A stretch of 61,312 bases of DNA, counting the filler. It is 6 parts of 6 records of this genome, joined end to end, with 100 filler letters (N's around TTAATTAATTAA, not from the genome) between each part and the next. Parts side by side here need not be neighbours in the genome. Positions count along the whole stretch, not along the records: positions 25,704 to 41,107 come from DRR723986_703; 5 more parts are not named here. The stretch is one strand, 5' to 3'. Positions 27,492-36,959 of the stretch are shown here, one piece after another. Below the pieces are notes generated by a model. It ran no database searches and was not told the DNA's origin. It saw only the letters and a list, made by a program, of their open reading frames with translations. Within the stretch, counting starts at the first letter, position 1. Each line of letters opens with the position of its first letter. The position numbers and the translations under genes were made by a program.

Positions 27492-28400
27492 ATGACCGAA
27501 GACCTCAGATTGCACCACCTGCGCGGCATCGTGATGCGCGCGCCCGGAATAACGGCGACGTCGCCATTCTATACGGACCAATGGGGTCTGCACGTGGCCC
27601 ATGAAGCGGATGGGATCACCTATCTGCACGGAACCGGAGAGCAGCCCTTCATTTATGGTCTCAAGGACGACAGAACCTATGGCATCGAATACATCCATTT
27701 CGGCATGCCGGACCGCGATGGCGTTGACAGGCTCTATCGGCAATTGGAGGAAAAGGGCGCGGATCTGCGCGGGGCGCCGGGTGAATTCGACGGGCCCTTC
27801 GGCGGCTACGGATTCGAGGTGGCCGACCCCGACAATCGCCGCCTGCGCATCACCTCCGAAATTGCGCTGCGCGAGGCCGACGATGTTCATGCCTATCCGC
27901 GCAAGATCAGCCATGTGGTTCTGAACACGCCCGACATGGACGGGATGCAAAGCTGGTACGAGCAGATGCTGGGCTTTCGCACCAGCGACTATTCCGCGGA
28001 CCAGATGGTGTTTCTGCGGATCGGCAGCGACCACCACGCCATCGCGCTGGTTCGTGCGCAATATCCCTCGATCAATCACGTCGCATTCGAGATGCCCGGC
28101 ATCGACAGCTTCATGCGCGGCATCGGCCGGATGAAGCAGAAGGGGCAGGTACCAAGCTGGGGACCGGGGCGGCACGGGCCGGGCAACAATCCGTTTGCCT
28201 ATTTTGTTTCTCCTTCGGGCTTCGTGATCGAGTTCACCTCCGAGGTGCAGCAGATCGACGAGGAAACGCATGAGCCAAAGGTCTGGTCGCGCACCGACCC
28301 CGAGGCGATGGACCAGTGGATGACAGCGGGCCCACCGACACCGGCACAGCGCGCGGTCATGGCCGGGCGGCCCGACCCAGGCTTTCCAAAGGAAGGCTGA
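27492..28400 (+). CDS. VOC family protein, probable extradiol ring-cleavage dioxygenase
   Basis: Two VOC domains; HVV, HHAIA, NHVAF, GPGRHGPGNNPFAYF, IEF metal-ligand motifs. Confidence 0.85.
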   Translation: MTEDLRLHHLRGIVMRAPGITATSPFYTDQWGLHVAHEADGITYLHGTGEQPFIYGLKDDRTYGIEYIHFGMPDRDGVDRLYRQLEEKGADLRGAPGEFDGPFGGYGFEVADPDNRRLRITSEIALREADDVHAYPRKISHVVLNTPDMDGMQSWYEQMLGFRTSDYSADQMVFLRIGSDHHAIALVRAQYPSINHVAFEMPGIDSFMRGIGRMKQKGQVPSWGPGRHGPGNNPFAYFVSPSGFVIEFTSEVQQIDEETHEPKVWSRTDPEAMDQWMTAGPPTPAQRAVMAGRPDPGFPKEG

Positions 28401-28403
28401 GCG

Positions 28404-29195
28404 ATGGATCTGGGACTCAAAGACCGCTCGATCGCGGTCACTGGCGGAACTTCCGGGATCGGGCTGGCATCTGTGCGCGTCTTTCTGGAGGACGGTGCGC
28501 GGGTGGCGCTTTGTGCCCGCGGGGCAGAACGTCTGGATTCCGTGGTGGCGGACCTGTCCCGTGACTTCGGGGCGGACCGGGTTCTGGGGCGCGTGGTCTC
28601 TGTGCTGGATGCAGCCGCGGTCTCAGAATTCGCCGATGAGGTACGGCAGACCTTCGGAGGCTGCGACGCCCTTGTCACGAATGCGGGCCAGGGGCGAGTC
28701 TCGACCTATGCCGATACCGGCGACGCTGACTGGCGCGAAGAGTTGGAGCTGAAGTTTTTCAGCCAGCTTCACCCGATACGCGCCTTTGAAACGATGCTGC
28801 GCCAAAGCGGCAGCGGTGCCATCGTCGCGGTGAATTCGCTTCTCGCCCTCCAGCCAGAACCGCATATGGTCTGTACCTCGGCCGCACGTGCCGGCGTTCA
28901 GAACCTCTTGAAATCGCTGGCGACGGAACTGGCACCGCAGATCCGCGTCAATTCAATCCTGTTGGGGCTGGTGGACAGCGCCCAGTGGCAGCGCCGCTTC
29001 GAGGCGCGCGAGGACAAGGGCCAGAGCCGGGAAGACTGGTTCGCGGCACTGGCAAGCGTGAAAGGCATCCCGCTCGGCCGTCTTGGTCAACCTCAGGAAC
29101 CCGCGAGAGCCATCGCCTTCCTCGCCTCACCCGCCGCCAGCTACATCACCGGCGCCAAGCTTGAAATCTCGGGCGGCGTATCGCGCTTTGCTTGA
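28404..29195 (+). CDS. SDR family oxidoreductase
   Basis: TGGTSGIG, NAG, IRVNSI, YITG; catalytic YxxxK position reads TSAAR. Confidence 0.9.
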   Translation: MDLGLKDRSIAVTGGTSGIGLASVRVFLEDGARVALCARGAERLDSVVADLSRDFGADRVLGRVVSVLDAAAVSEFADEVRQTFGGCDALVTNAGQGRVSTYADTGDADWREELELKFFSQLHPIRAFETMLRQSGSGAIVAVNSLLALQPEPHMVCTSAARAGVQNLLKSLATELAPQIRVNSILLGLVDSAQWQRRFEAREDKGQSREDWFAALASVKGIPLGRLGQPQEPARAIAFLASPAASYITGAKLEISGGVSRFA

Positions 29196-29219
29196 TCCCT
29201 GACGAAAGACCCAAACCCC

Positions 29220-30869
29220 ATGACCCAGACCGTTGGCCACCAGATTGCCCAGGCGCTTGCCGATGCGGGCGTAACGACCATGTTCGGCGTCATTTCGATC
29301 CATAACATGCCGATCCTCGACGCGGTGGCGGAACAGGGGCGTATCCGCTTCATTCCGGCGCGTGGCGAGGCGGGGGCGATGAATATGGCCGACGCCTTTT
29401 CCCGCGTCTCGGGGCAGTTGGGCGTGGCGCTGACCTCGACCGGGACGGCGGCAGGCAATGCAGCGGGCGCACAGGCCGAGGCGCTGACGGCGGGCAGCCG
29501 GGTGCTGCATCTGACCACACAGATCGACCGGCCTTACATGGACCGGGACCGCGCCGCGATTCACGATGTGCCCAAGCAGCCAGAAATGTTGCGCGGGGTG
29601 TCCAAGGCCGTGTTCCGCATCTGGGACGAAACCGGCGTCCTGGGCACGCTGTCGGCAGCGATCCGCGCGGCGATGACACCGCCAACCGGGCCGGTCAGCC
29701 TTGAGATTCCGGTCGACGTGCAGCGCATTCCCGCCGTTTCCGGGCTGCCCCTGACCCCTCCGCGCCCGGCCTTGCCACCGGTGGAGGAGACCTCTCTCGA
29801 TCTGCTGGCTGAGCAGGTGAAGGTCGCGAAACGGCCGATGATCTGGCTTGGCGGCGGGGCGCGGGGGGCCGGAGCCGAGGCGCTGGAACTTGTCGAACGC
29901 GGCTTTGGCGCTGTTAGCTCCACCCAGGGGCGCGCCATTGTCCCCGAAAGCCACAAGGGCACGCTCGGAGCCTTCAACATGACACCCGAGGCGGAAGCCG
30001 TCTATCAAAGCTGCGACCTGATGATCGTGGTCGGCTCGCGGCTTCGGGGCAACGAAACACGCAACAACAAGATGCCGCTGCCGCGCCCGCTGTTCCAGAT
30101 CGACGTGGAGCCGACACAGGGCGGACGCAATTACCCGGTGGACGGATTCCTGTGCGGAGATGCTGCGGCAACGCTGCGCGGCTTGCTGGACCGGTTGCCG
30201 GGCACGCTCGGCACCGACCCGCAGTTGCATTACGACATCGCCGTTGCCCGCGCGAAATCGGAAGGTGCGCTGCGCGGGCGCCTTGGCCCCTATCAGGTGG
30301 TGGCCGATCACCTTCTGTCGGTGGTGCCGCAAGGGGGGCATCCCTGGGTGCGCGATGTGACGATCTCGAACTCCACGTTCGGCAACCGATATGTTCACAT
30401 CGCCGCGCCTCATCTGGGTGTCCACGCCCTCGGGGGCGGCATTGGGCAGGGGATTGCCATGGCCATCGGGGCCGCGGCGGGATCGGAGTCGCGCACCATC
30501 GCACTGGTAGGCGATGGTGGTGCGCAGCTCGGGATTGCCGAACTGATCACGGCGGTGGATGCGGCTCTGCCGATCACGTTCGTGCTGATGAACGATGCGG
30601 CATACGGCGTGATCGAGAACATCCAGGACGCGCAATATGACGGGCGGCGGCATTATTCCAAGCTCAAGACGCCCGATTTCGGCGTGCTGTGCCAGTCCAT
30701 CGACATGCCTCATGTCCGCGTTGGCCGGATCGAGGACTTTCCTCAGGCCCTAGACGCGACCCTTGGCCGGGACGGTCCCGCGGTCGTCGAAGTCGACATG
30801 GTCGCCATTGGCCCCTTCGCGGAATCCTTCGCAGGACCGCCCGCAGGGGCTGCGGGTGGCAAGACATGA
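29220..30869 (+). CDS. Thiamine-diphosphate-dependent enzyme (acetolactate synthase/decarboxylase-like)
   Basis: RGE conserved Glu, GPVSLEIP.D, GDGG-x24-N TPP motif. Confidence 0.9.
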   Translation: MTQTVGHQIAQALADAGVTTMFGVISIHNMPILDAVAEQGRIRFIPARGEAGAMNMADAFSRVSGQLGVALTSTGTAAGNAAGAQAEALTAGSRVLHLTTQIDRPYMDRDRAAIHDVPKQPEMLRGVSKAVFRIWDETGVLGTLSAAIRAAMTPPTGPVSLEIPVDVQRIPAVSGLPLTPPRPALPPVEETSLDLLAEQVKVAKRPMIWLGGGARGAGAEALELVERGFGAVSSTQGRAIVPESHKGTLGAFNMTPEAEAVYQSCDLMIVVGSRLRGNETRNNKMPLPRPLFQIDVEPTQGGRNYPVDGFLCGDAAATLRGLLDRLPGTLGTDPQLHYDIAVARAKSEGALRGRLGPYQVVADHLLSVVPQGGHPWVRDVTISNSTFGNRYVHIAAPHLGVHALGGGIGQGIAMAIGAAAGSESRTIALVGDGGAQLGIAELITAVDAALPITFVLMNDAAYGVIENIQDAQYDGRRHYSKLKTPDFGVLCQSIDMPHVRVGRIEDFPQALDATLGRDGPAVVEVDMVAIGPFAESFAGPPAGAAGGKT

Positions 30870-31675
30870 GCCTTGGGCATGTGGTGATCATCGGGTTCGG
30901 CGCGATAGCCCGAGACCTGATAGATATTCTGGGCGCGCAGACCTCCGCGCCCGAGAAAGTGACCGTCCTTGTGCGTCCCGGGCGAGAGGCAGAGCTTCGC
31001 GCGATGCTGGGGGCAGACATCTCGGTGACATCGGATCTTGCGGCGCTGCTAGCGACGTGCCCCGATGTGGTCGTGGAATGTGCCGGTCATCGCGCGGTGG
31101 CGCATTACGGTGCGACGGTGCTGGAAAGCGGCACGGACCTGATCCTTGCCTCTGTCGGCGCATTGGCGGATGCCGATCTGGCCCGCGAACTTGAGGCAGC
31201 CGCCCGCACTTCTGGCGCGCAATGCGTCGTGCCTGCCGGGGCTATTGGCGGAATAGATGCTCTAGGCGCGGCGCGCCTGTCGGGGCTGACTTCGGTTTGC
31301 TACACCGGCACGAAGCCGCCCGCCGCATGGGTCGGAACCCCAGCCGAGGAGGTGACCGACCTTGCGGCCTTGACAGCTCCCCTGACATTCTTCGAAGGGA
31401 CTGCGCGAGAAGCTGCGCGGTGCTTTCCCAAGAACGCCAATGTCGCTGCAACCCTGGCGATGGCCGGGCTGGGAATGGACAAGACCGAGGTGCGCCTTGT
31501 CGCAGACCCCGGCACAACGGAAAACACACATGCCTTCAGCGTGGCGTCGCAGGCCATGGAGTTTTCCATGCTACTGGTCGGAAAGCCGTCGCCAGACAAC
31601 CCCAAAACCTCTCGATCCACCGTTTACAGCATCGCACGTGCCGTCATGAACCGGCGCGCCGCGATCGCCATCTGA
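30866..31675 (+). CDS. nadX: L-aspartate dehydrogenase-like protein (NadX family)
   Basis: GFGAI, VECAGH, SVGAL, GAIGG.D, FPKNANVAA, NPKTS. Confidence 0.88.
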   Translation: MSLGHVVIIGFGAIARDLIDILGAQTSAPEKVTVLVRPGREAELRAMLGADISVTSDLAALLATCPDVVVECAGHRAVAHYGATVLESGTDLILASVGALADADLARELEAAARTSGAQCVVPAGAIGGIDALGAARLSGLTSVCYTGTKPPAAWVGTPAEEVTDLAALTAPLTFFEGTAREAARCFPKNANVAATLAMAGLGMDKTEVRLVADPGTTENTHAFSVASQAMEFSMLLVGKPSPDNPKTSRSTVYSIARAVMNRRAAIAI

Positions 31676-31682
31676 GGGCACC

Positions 31683-33161
31683 ATGGAGCAGACATTTCGC
31701 GACAACCGGATCTTTGTCGGCGGCATCTGGCAAGCAGGGCGCGGCGCACCGATCACCTCGAATTTCGCCGCAGAGGGTTGTGTGAACACCGTGATAAACG
31801 GCGCTTCGGCGCAGGATGTGGACCTTGCCATCGCCCGCGCGCGGGCCGCGCAACCATCCTGGGGGGCGCTGAAGCCGCACGATCGCGCGACGGTGCTGTA
31901 CCGCATCTCGGAGCGGATCGCCGCCAATATAGAGCGTATCGCCTGGGTGCAGAGCCGGGATACGTCCAAGACGCTGACGGAAACGCGCGCGCTTGCGGCC
32001 TCGGCGGCGGCAACCTTCCGCTATTTCGCGGCCGTGGCGGAAACCTCGGACGACCTGCTGACCGTGCCACGCGGCGATTACATCACCGCCTCTGTCCACG
32101 AGCCGCTTGGGCTGGTCGCGGCGATCACGCCGTGGAATTCACCCATTGCTTCCGACGCCCAGAAAATCGCCCCTGCCCTCGCTGCGGGCAATGCGGTGCT
32201 GCTGAAACCGGCCAGTTGGTCGCCACTGATCAGCCTTGAGCTTGCACAGATCGCCGAAGAGGCGGGCCTGCCCCAGGGACTGTTGTCCGTCCTGCCCGGA
32301 TCCGGGCGCGAGGTTGGCAATCTGCTGGTCGAACACCGGGATATTGCCAAGGTCTCGTTCACCGGGGGCACCGCAACGGGGCGTAGATTGGCCCATGCGG
32401 CGGCGGAAAAGCTGATGCCCGTTTCGCTGGAACTGGGGGGCAAGTCGCCCACGATCGTGTTCGAGGATTGCGACATCGATCTTGCCATCGCGGGGATCCT
32501 GTTCGGCATCTTCTCGTCTTCCGGCCAAAGCTGCATCGCCGGATCGCGCCTGTTCGTGCAGCGCAGCATCTACGACACTTTCACTGAGCGACTGGTCGCC
32601 GCTACGCAGGCATTGGTGGTCGGCCATCCCTTTGACGCGGCAACGCAGGTGTCGTCGCTGGTTCACCACGATCATCGCGAAAGCGTGGAGCGCTATGTGG
32701 CCATGGCGCGCGATGAAGGCGGAGACATCCTGTGCGGTGGCGCGCGGCCCGAGGATACGGCGCAAAAAGACGGTGCCTATTACCTGCCAACCATCATCGG
32801 CGGGCTCGACAACACCGCACGGACCTGCCGTGAAGAGATTTTCGGTCCGGTGCTGGTGGTGATGCCCTTCGAGGACGAGGCCGATGTGATCGCGCAGGGC
32901 AACGACAATGACTACGGCCTGGCGTGCGGCATCTGGTCGACCGATCACCGCCGCTGCCAGCGAGTCGCCCGCGCCATCCGGGCGGGCACGGTCTGGATTA
33001 ACACCTACAAGCAATTCTCGATCTCGACGCCCTTCGGTGGCGATGGTGACAGCGGCATGGGCCGCGAAAAAGGCCGCGCGGGTCTTCGGGCCTATCAACG
33101 GCAGAAGTCGATCTACGAAGATTTGTCGGGGCAGCCGCATCCCTGGGCCAGATGGCCTTAG
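31683..33161 (+). CDS. Aldehyde dehydrogenase
   Basis: ITPWN, FTGG, LELGGKSP, GQSC, EEIFGPV, PFGG. Confidence 0.95.
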   Translation: MEQTFRDNRIFVGGIWQAGRGAPITSNFAAEGCVNTVINGASAQDVDLAIARARAAQPSWGALKPHDRATVLYRISERIAANIERIAWVQSRDTSKTLTETRALAASAAATFRYFAAVAETSDDLLTVPRGDYITASVHEPLGLVAAITPWNSPIASDAQKIAPALAAGNAVLLKPASWSPLISLELAQIAEEAGLPQGLLSVLPGSGREVGNLLVEHRDIAKVSFTGGTATGRRLAHAAAEKLMPVSLELGGKSPTIVFEDCDIDLAIAGILFGIFSSSGQSCIAGSRLFVQRSIYDTFTERLVAATQALVVGHPFDAATQVSSLVHHDHRESVERYVAMARDEGGDILCGGARPEDTAQKDGAYYLPTIIGGLDNTARTCREEIFGPVLVVMPFEDEADVIAQGNDNDYGLACGIWSTDHRRCQRVARAIRAGTVWINTYKQFSISTPFGGDGDSGMGREKGRAGLRAYQRQKSIYEDLSGQPHPWARWP

Positions 33162-33313
33162 CGACGTCCTCTCAGGGCCTTGCCCGGCACGCGCGACGGT
33201 TCCGCCTCTCGCCCGCCACCTCGCGCCTTGCACCGGCATCGTGTGGGGCAAGCAGACACGATATGTCGAGCCTCGATCTGACTTGCGGCAGCAGTCTTCA
33301 GGCGATCCGCCGG

Positions 33314-34120
33314 TCAGGTTTCGCCCCTTGGCACGGTGTAGCCCAAGGCAGCGGAGGCCCTGCGCGCAGCAGATGTGACCGCGTCGATCAGGGCGCAATC
33401 GCGTCCCGACCCACCGGCGGAGAACCGCGCCTCGGGGCCGGAAACGTTGATGCCTCCCACCACCTGCCCGGTATGATCGAAGATTGCCGCGGCACAGGAC
33501 CCGATGCCCGCCTCGAAATTCCCCTCGCTCCAGGCGAAGCCTTCGGCCTTGTCATGGTGGGCCTGACGAATGATCGCCTCGATCGTCTGCGGTGTCTTGT
33601 CGGTTGCAGGCTCGGGCAGGTCGCCCGAGAAGATCTGCCGCAATTGCGTGTCGGAAGTCTCCGCCAGAATGGCACGCCCGATGGACGACGCATGGGCCGA
33701 CAGCCGCGACCCGGTGCGCACGTTGCTGACGAGATGAGAATTGGGGGCCTCGCGTCCCAGATAGATGATGTCGCGCCCGTCCAGTACGCCCAAATGGGCG
33801 GACATGCCGGTGTCGCGGCACAGATCTCTCAGGATAGGCTGGCAGACCTGGACCATGTCCCGCCCCTGAATGGCCTGCGCACCAAGACTGACCAGCCCCG
33901 CCCCCAGACGATAGCCGCCACCATCGCCGAGTTCCTCGATCATGCGATGATCCGCAAGGGTATGGATCAGGCGGATCAGGGTCGTGCGATTGATTCCGAG
34001 ATCGCGCGACACCGTCGACAGGTTACGCGCCCGATTGCCTGCACCGATGTAGTGCAGAAGTTTCAGGGCCCGCTCCACCGGGGGAACGGAATAGGGGGTC
34101 TGGGAGGCAGTGTCGCCCAT
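33314..34120 (-). CDS. IclR family transcriptional regulator
   Basis: N-terminal HTH (VERALKLL...RTTLIRL), YRLG, HASSIGRAILA, INVSGP. Confidence 0.93.
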   Translation of the reverse strand: MGDTASQTPYSVPPVERALKLLHYIGAGNRARNLSTVSRDLGINRTTLIRLIHTLADHRMIEELGDGGGYRLGAGLVSLGAQAIQGRDMVQVCQPILRDLCRDTGMSAHLGVLDGRDIIYLGREAPNSHLVSNVRTGSRLSAHASSIGRAILAETSDTQLRQIFSGDLPEPATDKTPQTIEAIIRQAHHDKAEGFAWSEGNFEAGIGSCAAAIFDHTGQVVGGINVSGPEARFSAGGSGRDCALIDAVTSAARRASAALGYTVPRGET

Positions 34121-34213
34121 GCGAATAATCCTGTCCTTCAGGCTGAGCGGGTTGTCGGCGCAAGGACCCGCTCAGCGGAAAACTATTGACCGCACGGGGC
34201 CGCATAACCTATC

Positions 34214-34244
34214 TTTGAACATATAGTTCAATATAGAACACTTG
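34214..34244 (+). promoter_or_regulatory. Putative IclR operator 2
   Basis: TTTGAACATATAGTTCAATATAGAACACTTG, overlapping TTGACC(34186)-N18-TATCTT in the iclR/monooxygenase divergent region. Confidence 0.75.
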
Positions 34245-34264
34245 GCAATAGCAAAGGGGCGCGG

Positions 34265-35428
34265 GTGACACTTTCTATCGGCATATGTGGTGGCGGAATC
34301 GGGGGCCTGTGCGCTGCCATCGCGCTTGGCCGCGCAGGGCACGATGTTCAGGTGTTCGAGAAGGCGCGGTCGATCAACCGGGTCGGCGCAGATATCAACC
34401 TGACGCCGAACGCGGTCTTCGCACTGGATCAACTGGGCGTTGGCGCCTACCTGCGCGACAGCGCTGCCCGCCCCAGCTTTCGCATCAGCCGCGATGGCAT
34501 TAGCGGCGAGGAAACCTCGCGCCTGCCAATGAGCGCGGCGGCCGAGGAAAAATACGGCGCACCGCAGCTGACGATCCACCGGGCCGACCTGCTGGATGCC
34601 CTGCGGGCGCAATTGCCCGAGGACAGGTTCCAGCTTGGCCGCGAGGCCGTGTCCCTGCGCCTCGATGACGGCAAGGCGGAACTGGGATTTGCCGATGGCA
34701 CCAGCGCGGCTTTCGATCTGGTGATCGGCGCGGACGGCATTCATTCGGTCGTGCGCACGGCGCTTTGGGGCGAAGACCATCCACGCTATACCGGCATGGT
34801 GTCCTATCGCGGGACATTCCCGCGCGACAAGGCCGCCGGGCTTCGCGATGCAGATGCCTTCACCAAGTGGTGGGGCGAGATGCCGGAAAAGCAGATCGTG
34901 ACCTTCCCCCTCACCCAGGGCCGGGACATCTTCGTCTTTGCCACCTTGCCACAGGAAGAATGGTCCGAAGAAGGCTGGACATTGCCCGGCGATGTGGAAG
35001 AGCTGCGCCGCGCCTATGCCAATTTCCACGAAGACGCCCGCAAACTGCTGGATGCGCTGGATGAGGTCACGCGCTCTGCGCTGCATGTGCGCGATCCGAT
35101 GCCGCAATGGGCCAAGGGGCGCGCGACGCTTCTGGGGGACGCCGCGCATCCGATGGTGCCCTTCATGGCACAGGGGGCCTGCATGGCCATCGAAGATGCG
35201 GTGGTGCTGGCCCGTGCACTGGACAGTGACCCCGACGATATCGACGCCGCGCTCACGCGGTATGAGACGGAACGCAAGCCCCGCACCGCGCGGGTCCAGG
35301 AAAGCTCGCTTGCCAATGACTGGCTCAAGAAAGCCGGCAATGCGGATTGGGTCTATGGCTACAATGCCTGGACCACACCGCTCAATGATACCAATCACAA
35401 CGGGAGTTCCCATGAAACACGTGTTTAG
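34265..35428 (+). CDS. Group A flavin-dependent monooxygenase (salicylate hydroxylase/NicC-like)
   Basis: GGGIGG, IHRADL, IGADGIHS, LLGDAAHPMVPFMAQGACMAIED. Confidence 0.9.
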   Translation: MTLSIGICGGGIGGLCAAIALGRAGHDVQVFEKARSINRVGADINLTPNAVFALDQLGVGAYLRDSAARPSFRISRDGISGEETSRLPMSAAAEEKYGAPQLTIHRADLLDALRAQLPEDRFQLGREAVSLRLDDGKAELGFADGTSAAFDLVIGADGIHSVVRTALWGEDHPRYTGMVSYRGTFPRDKAAGLRDADAFTKWWGEMPEKQIVTFPLTQGRDIFVFATLPQEEWSEEGWTLPGDVEELRRAYANFHEDARKLLDALDEVTRSALHVRDPMPQWAKGRATLLGDAAHPMVPFMAQGACMAIEDAVVLARALDSDPDDIDAALTRYETERKPRTARVQESSLANDWLKKAGNADWVYGYNAWTTPLNDTNHNGSSHETRV

Positions 35429-36383
35429 CACCGCTTTGGTTGCGGCGAGTCTTGCCATTGCCGCTCCGGCTTTCGCCGATCCGGTCCAGATCAATGCCGT
35501 GACACTGGCCCCTCGGGCCGTCTATATCACCCAGCCCTTCGCGCAATTCGTGGAGGAAGTGAACGAGCGCTTCGCAGGCGAGATCGAGATCACCTGGCGG
35601 GGTGGCCCCGAGGTCATGCCACCGTTCGGGCAGGCCGAAGGCGTTCGCAACGGTGCCATGGGGATGACCTATACCAGCCCCAGCTACTACCAGGGCCTTG
35701 TGCCGACATCGGGCACGATGAACCTGTCCTTCCTGAACTACGAAGCAATCGCCGCCACCGACTACCACGAGCGGATGACCGAGCTTCACGCCGAACAGGG
35801 CCTTGCCTTCATCGGCGAGATCCCGGCCACGCAACTGAATTTCCAGATCTACATGGGCGACGAAGTCACCAGCCTTGCGGATCTCGAAGGGCAGCGCATC
35901 CGTGTCTTCCCGACGCTTCTGCCTCTGGTTCAGGCCCTTGGCGCGGAGCCGATCGTTCTGCCCATGCAGGAGATCTACACAGCGCTGGAACGCGGCACCA
36001 TCGACGGGTTCATGCAAGGCCCGCTCGGTCAGGCAGCACAGTTCGAGGGCCTAGTTTCGACGGTCATCCAGCCCGGTGTCTACCGTGCCGGTTTCCCGGT
36101 GCTGATGAACATGGACCTGTTCAACGAAATGTCGCCGGATCTTCAAGAGCGCTTCGTCACATTCCTGCGTGAAGATTTCGCGCCCCGGATGGACAATATC
36201 TGGGCCGACGACATCGCGACCGAGCGCGCTGCGCAAGAGGCTGCCGGGTTCAACTATCTCATGCTGCCCGAAGAAGAGGCCGCCCGCTACGAAGCGATGG
36301 CCATGGACGCGGCATGGGAGATGACAGCCGAGAATGCCGGTGCCGAAATCGCCGCCGAGCTTCGCGAGATGCTGGATCGCTGA
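35412..36383 (+). CDS. dctP: TRAP transporter substrate-binding protein DctP
   Basis: Signal peptide, GGPE, DLEGQRIRV, LGA.P, EIYTALERGTIDG. Confidence 0.92.
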   Translation: MKHVFSTALVAASLAIAAPAFADPVQINAVTLAPRAVYITQPFAQFVEEVNERFAGEIEITWRGGPEVMPPFGQAEGVRNGAMGMTYTSPSYYQGLVPTSGTMNLSFLNYEAIAATDYHERMTELHAEQGLAFIGEIPATQLNFQIYMGDEVTSLADLEGQRIRVFPTLLPLVQALGAEPIVLPMQEIYTALERGTIDGFMQGPLGQAAQFEGLVSTVIQPGVYRAGFPVLMNMDLFNEMSPDLQERFVTFLREDFAPRMDNIWADDIATERAAQEAAGFNYLMLPEEEAARYEAMAMDAAWEMTAENAGAEIAAELREMLDR

Positions 36384-36455
36384 TAGCCTGACGAAACACG
36401 CAATTCGGCGGAGGCGGTTTTCCGGCTCCGCCCGCGGCAAAACGGAAGGCCTCAG

Positions 36456-36956
36456 GTGGATCGGACCCTCACCAAGCTACGGCGAGTCTTCAGCGCCTTG
36501 AACCTGATTTGTGCCGTGATCGGGGCATGTCTGCTGTTCATGATCGCATCAATCATCTGCTTCGAGGTCACCATGCGCTGGCTTGGTGCCGGGTCGCAGC
36601 TCTGGGTGATCGAGGCCAGTGAATACTCGCTGCTGTTCATCACCTTTCTCGGCGCTCCCTATCTTCTGCAAAGGAACCTGCATGTGGTCATGGATCTGGT
36701 CTATGCCAGCCTAGCCGGGCGGCCGCGCGTGGCGCTGCAACTGGTCAACGCGACAATCGGCTTCGTGCTTTGTGCGGTTCTCGCCGTGGTCGGCGTCAGC
36801 GTCGTGATCGAACAGTTCGAACTGGGCGTCCGGCAAGTGACCGTGATGCGGCCGCAAAGCTGGTGGATCACCGCTGCCCTACCGATCGGAATGGGGCTGA
36901 TGGCCGTGCAATTTCTCGATCAGATCGTCCGCACCCTTCGAGGGGAGCTTGTCTGA
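36456..36956 (+). CDS. dctQ: TRAP transporter small permease DctQ
   Basis: 4 TM, W..E..EY, HVVMD. Confidence 0.9.
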   Translation: MDRTLTKLRRVFSALNLICAVIGACLLFMIASIICFEVTMRWLGAGSQLWVIEASEYSLLFITFLGAPYLLQRNLHVVMDLVYASLAGRPRVALQLVNATIGFVLCAVLAVVGVSVVIEQFELGVRQVTVMRPQSWWITAALPIGMGLMAVQFLDQIVRTLRGELV

Positions 36957-36959
36957 GCG

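Noticed and set aside
34142-34176. Perfect 11-bp inverted repeat upstream of iclR
   Set aside because: Single occurrence; probably a 5'-UTR stem, with no evidence for a MITE or riboswitch
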